A stretch of DNA of 61,459 nt from a virus (lineage: Duplodnaviria > Caudoviricetes), in the IMG/VR virus record IMGVR_UViG_3300012352_000420, positions 1-61,459 of that record. One strand, 5' to 3'. The notes under the pieces were generated by a model. It searched no databases, had not been told where the DNA came from, and worked only from the letters and a program-made list of their open reading frames with translations. This document shows, piece after piece, positions 57,441 to 61,459 of this stretch (positions are counted from its first letter, which is position 1; the number at the start of each line of letters is the position of its first letter). A program made the translations under genes and the position numbers.

Positions 57441-58001
57441 TCCTTATCCTACTATCCCCCGCCTCATATAAACGTCTTAAAACCCCCTTAGAAGCCTTTT
57501 TAGAGCTATTCTAGAGTCATGCATAGATTGTAATTGCTATTAATTAGATGATAATAACTGTCTATTTGTCGACATATAGGTATATGTGTAATTGAACACC
57601 CTATACAGATGGGCCCCATAATGTCTAATGAAGCATATTGGCCTATTTCTGTCAATATATCTGCATAATAATCTCATATAATGAGCATAATTTGCAGGAA
57701 ATTTGATCTTATTTTAATCTATTTATATCTATTTTGATCTATTTCTATATAGATTTGTCGACATTTGTATGCAAATTTCAGGGATTTTGTCAATAGCTCC
57801 GTAATAGAAGAATTTGGCCCACAATTTTTAAAACTTCAGGGATTTTTATATATGATCCGTAAAGCAAAATATTGGCCCATATGATCAAAAACAAAAATGG
57901 ACATACTGTACATTTCTGTACAATATGTCCACCATGTTGGATCAACTATCTATATGTATAGCAAGAGTAATACTTGATCAATTTGATCTTTCGGTCCCGC
58001 C
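57441..58001. repeat. AT-rich non-coding tract at the strand switch with ~48-bp direct repeats
   Basis: AAAYTTCAGGGATTTT-N9-TCCGTAA-N8-9-WTTGGCCC at 57773-57820 and 57831-57878; ATTTGTCGACA twice; several TTGATC. Confidence 0.75.
57898..57931. terminator. Hairpin between convergent transcription units
   Basis: TGGACATA-C-TGTACA-TTTC-TGTACA-A-TATGTCCA. Confidence 0.55.
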
Positions 58002-58289
58002 CTACCTAGGAAGTTTTAGATTATATATATTGTTATCTTCTTGAAATGCTTTGACCGCATACTTTAGTTCATTAGCAAGCAAGAGTCCTTCTGATGAGAT
58101 TCCGTCTACTAGTTCGGACTCATGACGATTAGATAGATTATTTATAACTTGGACAAGCATTTCCATTACTCTATCAACTGTATAAAATGGCTGGTCTGAT
58201 AGATACCGACCAAATACTGCTGGATTAAAGAAATGGTCTTCACAAGCACTTGCTAGTAGTTCTGCTATCTTTAGTTCTTTTGTCTTCAT
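58002..58289 (-). CDS. Hypothetical protein
   Basis: SD AAGGCGGAG; promoter TTGACT-17-TAAAAT on minus strand at 58345-58317. Confidence 0.75.
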   Translation of the reverse strand: MKTKELKIAELLASACEDHFFNPAVFGRYLSDQPFYTVDRVMEMLVQVINNLSNRHESELVDGISSEGLLLANELKYAVKAFQEDNNIYNLKLPR

Positions 58290-58333
58290 ATCTCCGCCTT
58301 TTCATTGTAACCCCGCATTTTACCAAAATATGT

Positions 58334-58370
58334 GGGGAGAGTCAAGATTATTAATCTGCTGACCCTCCCC
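58334..58370 (-). terminator. Hairpin downstream of the Lsr2-like gene
   Basis: GGGGAGAGTCA...TGACCCTCCCC inverted repeat. Confidence 0.55.
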
Positions 58371-58377
58371 AACTCTG

Positions 58378-58521
58378 TTACTTCGTTGTTGGCTTCTCAG
58401 CTGAGAACTTGATGCCCTTAGCTTCAGCTTCCTGAAGAACCTGCTTTGCAGCTCCTGAGAAACGGCCACGGACTCCTACTGTGATGCCCTGCTGCTTTAG
58501 ATATTCACGCTTTGTTGTCAT
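58378..58521 (-). CDS. Lsr2-like DNA-binding domain protein, 47 aa (not in ORF track)
   Basis: MTTKREYLKQQGITVGVRGRFSGAAKQVLQEAEAKG; RGR AT-hook; SD GAAAGGA; own promoter. Confidence 0.75.
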   Translation of the reverse strand: MTTKREYLKQQGITVGVRGRFSGAAKQVLQEAEAKGIKFSAEKPTTK

Positions 58522-58558
58522 TTGTTTTATCCTTTCGAGATAATTTGTTAGGGTGTTA

Positions 58559-58587
58559 ATTATATATCAATTTACAGATTTTGTAAA
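58559..58587 (-). promoter_or_regulatory. Promoter TTTACA-17-TATAAT for the Lsr2-like gene
   Basis: Plus-strand TGTAAA at 58582-58587 and ATTATA at 58559-58564. Confidence 0.7.
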
Positions 58588-58646
58588 TAGACTTCCAGCA
58601 TTTATTAAATTATTCCCGTAAGCACCAAAATCGGCCCCTACGAATT

Positions 58647-58949
58647 TTAGCCCGCCTGCTCCTCAAACATCAGATCGATCATGATGCCTGTCTCTAATAA
58701 CCAATTAGTTACATCTTCGTAGTGGTCTTCTGCACCATACTCCAAAGTAAACCCATGTCCGTCTGCGACGGCTGTAACTAATCTATCCCATAGTTCAACT
58801 TCTGATAGATTAAACTTATATTGCTCATCTTCCATCAGACTTTTGATTGTGCTCCAGGTCCATAGCCATACCATAGATAAACCGAGATCGGTTGAATCTA
58901 ATGTATCTAGGCAATGATTTAACTTCTGCATATCTCCAGGTTTAGCCAT
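58647..58949 (-). CDS. Hypothetical protein
   Basis: ORF track; acidic. Confidence 0.7.
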   Translation of the reverse strand: MAKPGDMQKLNHCLDTLDSTDLGLSMVWLWTWSTIKSLMEDEQYKFNLSEVELWDRLVTAVADGHGFTLEYGAEDHYEDVTNWLLETGIMIDLMFEEQAG

Positions 58950-59122
58950 TATTCCTCTTCCTCTTCTACTTCGATTACTTCGATGATGTTATCTGTTTCT
59001 AAATCAAACCAATCATTTGTGTCCCGCCCCTCTGCGATGTCATATGCCTCCAGTTTACTGTCGGCTGAGACATTCATCCAATAGAGGCTCTGGCGGGCTC
59101 CTAGGACCCTAAATATTGGCAT
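58949..59122 (-). CDS. Hypothetical protein, 57 aa (not in ORF track)
   Basis: MPIFRVLGARQSLYWMNVSADSKLEAYDIA...; overlaps both neighbours. Confidence 0.65.
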   Translation of the reverse strand: MPIFRVLGARQSLYWMNVSADSKLEAYDIAEGRDTNDWFDLETDNIIEVIEVEEEEE

Positions 59123-59399
59123 TGGCTCTCCTCTCTGAAATAGCGAATGCTAATTGATATGTTAGATTATATATTTCTACTAAAGCGTCTAGTCGACCTT
59201 CTGCTCGTGTTCGTTCCATAGAAAGCATAGCGTCTGAGTAGCCGTCTTCTTCTTCCTCAGTAGCAATCTCTGTAAACTCCTGCTCTGCTTCTAACATTAG
59301 ATTCTTTAGTTCTCCGTGAAGAATGTCGGTCCCAGATTCTCCTGCGTCAATCATGCGTTGGATGTGAATTGGGATGTTGTAGTCAGGTGTTGGCTCCAT
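59109..59399 (-). CDS. Hypothetical acidic protein
   Basis: SD GAAAGGA before ATG 59399 (MEPTPDY). Confidence 0.7.
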   Translation of the reverse strand: MEPTPDYNIPIHIQRMIDAGESGTDILHGELKNLMLEAEQEFTEIATEEEEDGYSDAMLSMERTRAEGRLDALVEIYNLTYQLAFAISERRANANI

Positions 59400-59400
59400 A

Positions 59401-59622
59401 TTAGTTTCCTTTCGTTTTGGCGAGTATATCACGAGCCACTGACAAGAGGTGGCGGGTTGCCATGAGTTCTCCAGTATTATGATAGTCATCAATCTCTAAA
59501 TCACGATACTCATCAGAATCATAGTCGTCTTCCCAATTGTCCATTAAATCTTGAAACTTGTCTGCATCTTGTAATAGACTAATTTCATGTAGTTCAATAT
59601 AAGCAATCATTTCTTCTAGCAT
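59401..59622 (-). CDS. Hypothetical acidic protein
   Basis: ORF track; coupled. Confidence 0.7.
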   Translation of the reverse strand: MLEEMIAYIELHEISLLQDADKFQDLMDNWEDDYDSDEYRDLEIDDYHNTGELMATRHLLSVARDILAKTKGN

Positions 59623-59834
59623 TACATATCTCCTTGTTTAGTAATAAGTCCATAAAGGCTGTCTGAAATTTCTGTATCTAATTGATTAAGTTCTTGTGGT
59701 GAGTAAGCAGAAGTCCATGTTTCTGCCTGTGGGTCATAAACTGTGCCGTCAACAAATCGGACGGAAGCAGAATCATAGTCAATACTAAATTCATTAGTAT
59801 CTGTATCAAACACTACTACATAATGATGTTGCAT
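59622..59834 (-). CDS. Hypothetical protein
   Basis: SD AAGGAG. Confidence 0.7.
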   Translation of the reverse strand: MQHHYVVVFDTDTNEFSIDYDSASVRFVDGTVYDPQAETWTSAYSPQELNQLDTEISDSLYGLITKQGDM

Positions 59835-59864
59835 AGTAATACTCCTTTGTTAGTCGATTGTAGT

Positions 59865-59889
59865 ATTTTACACCATTGCACTGACAAAT
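59865..59889 (-). promoter_or_regulatory. Phage-specific promoter ATTTGTCAGTG-N8-TAAAAT
   Basis: Same motif and spacing as 60889-60913. Confidence 0.65.
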
Positions 59890-60028
59890 ATAGACACCAG
59901 GGACATCTGAACATTCCCATTTATGATCATGCTCCATTATTCCCCCTGATTAACTAAATAAGCACGAGCATCTTCTAAAGCTTCAATTGCTTGCTCACAA
60001 GCAACAATCATATCTTCTCTAGTCATTG

Positions 60029-60187
60029 TCAAGCCCCCTCATATACCTTGTAGTCATGTAAAAAGTTTAATACCATGTGAATTTGACAATCGCAATCTCC
60101 ACCCATGTTATCCATAAAATCAAGGTGACTATAATTATCGTTATAGATTACATTAATTACATTGTTGAATAGTTCTGTTTCTGTCAT
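60029..60187 (-). CDS. Hypothetical protein, 52 aa (not in ORF track)
   Basis: MTETELFNNVINVIYNDNYSHLDFMDNMGGDCDCQIH...; TAATG overlap; SD GAGGGG. Confidence 0.65.
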   Translation of the reverse strand: MTETELFNNVINVIYNDNYSHLDFMDNMGGDCDCQIHMVLNFLHDYKVYEGA

Positions 60188-60861
60188 TATTCCCCCTCGT
60201 TAGTAGGTTCTGATTGTACACCATGGGTCTGACAATTTGCTCTGTCCTCATCTGTTGGCTCACCATGCCCACACTTAGGACACATATCGAATTCGCAATC
60301 CTCACAGTATGGAGGTTCGCCTGATTCTTCATAACTGCATTCCCAGCATTTCCAGTTATATTCAGTCTCAGATAATTCTTTGCCATTGGCAAACTCTGTT
60401 GAGCCACCCCAACCTGTTTCTTCCTGATATTCATTTGTAATCAAGACGGAAGGGAACTGTTTAGATAGTTCTATTAGAACAGCATTAGGAGTACCCCAAG
60501 GAGTATCAAAGTTATATACAAGAACATGGTTCTCACCATTTGGCTCATCATAAACTAATTCAGCAGAATTTGCATCCCACTTGACACCCCAATTACGACT
60601 ATTCCAAGAGTACCAGTCATCACCTGAATAAGGCTTATCTGATTTAAAATCAGGTTGCTTAGGATATGCTTCCATATCTGTTGGTTTAATTATATTCCAA
60701 AAAGAAAAGACGGAATCAACAGGTACATCTTTAACAGAATAAGCCAAATCACCATTAGATTCAACAGGCATAACATATGGCTTAGATACTTGCTCTTTAA
60801 TCTGATTAATTAATTCAGGCTTACCTTCAATTGATACTGAATTAGATACCCAATTTGGCAT
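60187..60861 (-). CDS. DUF1281/YubB ferredoxin-like domain protein with C-terminal Cys cluster
   Basis: MPNWVSN...WYSWNSRNWGVKWD...FDTPWGTP...YQEE; CWEC...CEDC...CPKC. Confidence 0.75.
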   Translation of the reverse strand: MPNWVSNSVSIEGKPELINQIKEQVSKPYVMPVESNGDLAYSVKDVPVDSVFSFWNIIKPTDMEAYPKQPDFKSDKPYSGDDWYSWNSRNWGVKWDANSAELVYDEPNGENHVLVYNFDTPWGTPNAVLIELSKQFPSVLITNEYQEETGWGGSTEFANGKELSETEYNWKCWECSYEESGEPPYCEDCEFDMCPKCGHGEPTDEDRANCQTHGVQSEPTNEGE

Positions 60862-60888
60862 TTTATATCCTTTCGTTGATATAGGAGA

Positions 60889-60913
60889 ATTATATACTAG
60901 CCCACCGACAAAT
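60889..60913 (-). promoter_or_regulatory. Phage-specific promoter ATTTGTCGGTG-N8-TATAAT
   Basis: Upstream of SD GAAAGGA and ATG 60861. Confidence 0.7.
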
Positions 60914-60961
60914 GGAATAGAAATCTATTGTGATTCCCGCCACATGGATCTAAAATTGATC

Positions 60962-61005
60962 AAACTTCAGGCGATTTTCTATTGACTCCGTAAGAGAAAT
61001 TTGCT
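60962..61005 (+). repeat. Third copy of the AAACTTCAGG..ATTTT...TCCGTAA repeat
   Basis: AAACTTCAGGCGATTTTCTATTGACTCCGTAAGAGAAATTTG. Confidence 0.65.
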
Positions 61006-61154
61006 ACCCTCCGCTTTTGCGGGCATAGATCTGGATCTGTCAAGCTATCTTGATAAGGCTGCTAGGGATTCACCAACGAAAGTAAAAGAACCCTGCTTTA
61101 TTTAACCCCTTGCCCGCGTTATTGCGACTTATAGAGGCACCTTTGTCTATTTAA

Positions 61155-61459
61155 TTAATTAACTAGAATATTATCTAGCGCATACTTTTCGCAGAATGTA
61201 GATAGGTCCATCACAAAGATTGCCTCGTTCTTCATCCCTCGAATTTTATTTGTCTCATCTCGGAAATCTGCTTCCTCGTGAAGACTAAATGTCTGCTGGT
61301 TCCAGTCAATGATTGGAATCTTGTGCTCGTTATCTAGAATAGAATTTACAGCCAAGCCCCATCCTGTTTCCATATTCCACTGGTCTCCAATTAGTTGACT
61401 GATGGCAATGCGTGTTGCATATGATTCATCTGTCCAACGAGGACGAGCAGCAATTACAG
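61155..61459 (-). CDS. Hypothetical protein, 5'-truncated by window edge
   Basis: Frame stays open beyond 61373 to the window end (ARPRWTDESYATRIAISQLIG...). Confidence 0.7.
   Translation of the reverse strand, partial: VIAARPRWTDESYATRIAISQLIGDQWNMETGWGLAVNSILDNEHKIPIIDWNQQTFSLHEEADFRDETNKIRGMKNEAIFVMDLSTFCEKYALDNILVN

Noticed and set aside
57773-57878. Repeats as a mini CRISPR array
   Set aside because: Only two adjacent degenerate copies with ~10 nt between them; conserved blocks are interrupted by variable sequence.
60055-60090. Possible third ATTTGTC-type or leaderless promoter on the minus strand
   Set aside because: Spacing differs from the two clear copies, it lies inside ORF 60029-60187 and the downstream ORF is only 12 aa.
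60153-60434. Plus-strand 93-aa ORF
   Set aside because: This ORF-track entry is in fact on the minus strand, in an alternative frame overlapping the better-supported 60187-60861 gene; no independent support.
1-61459. Prophage or alternative genetic code
   Set aside because: No integrase, att site or host housekeeping flank is seen; genes read intact under the standard code with all three stops used.

Overview
A 61.5-kb piece of a large, AT-rich, tailed dsDNA phage genome. The host is most likely an actinobacterium: the window has WhiB and Lsr2-like genes and many apparently leaderless promoters. The low GC and gene content suggest a freshwater acI/Nanopelagicales-type host (inference). Layout: 1-15.8 kb is the tail module (5'-truncated tape measure protein, hub/baseplate, FN3 fibre proteins, one ending in a Hint domain). 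15.9-28.8 kb is replication/recombination (metallophosphoesterase, DnaB, primase, SSB, DnaE, MazG-like, RecA, Cas4-like, RuvC-like). 28.8-33.9 kb holds glycosyl/methyltransferase, epimerase and terminase genes, followed by two tRNAs. 34.4-57.4 kb is a long accessory region (CHAP endolysin, Dps-like, IMPDH/GMPR, Hsp20, nuclease, secreted PA14, subtilase and S-layer-like proteins, WhiB, Ntn protease, thioredoxin, radical SAM/SPASM, trans-sulfuration enzyme, APS kinase fusion, ThyX, CDGSH peptide, GroES, sulfotransferase). An AT-rich repeat-containing non-coding tract at ~57.4-58 kb precedes a minus-strand block of small early-type genes. Most notable: a sulfur/metal cluster with two unannotated MCxxCGC micro-peptides, one directly after the radical SAM/SPASM gene; a cassette-like tape measure protein; 11 genes with a -10 box exactly 6 nt before the ATG; a phage-specific minus-strand promoter motif; and a predicted 5'-UTR pseudoknot. 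All functional calls come from motif recognition by eye; no searches were run.
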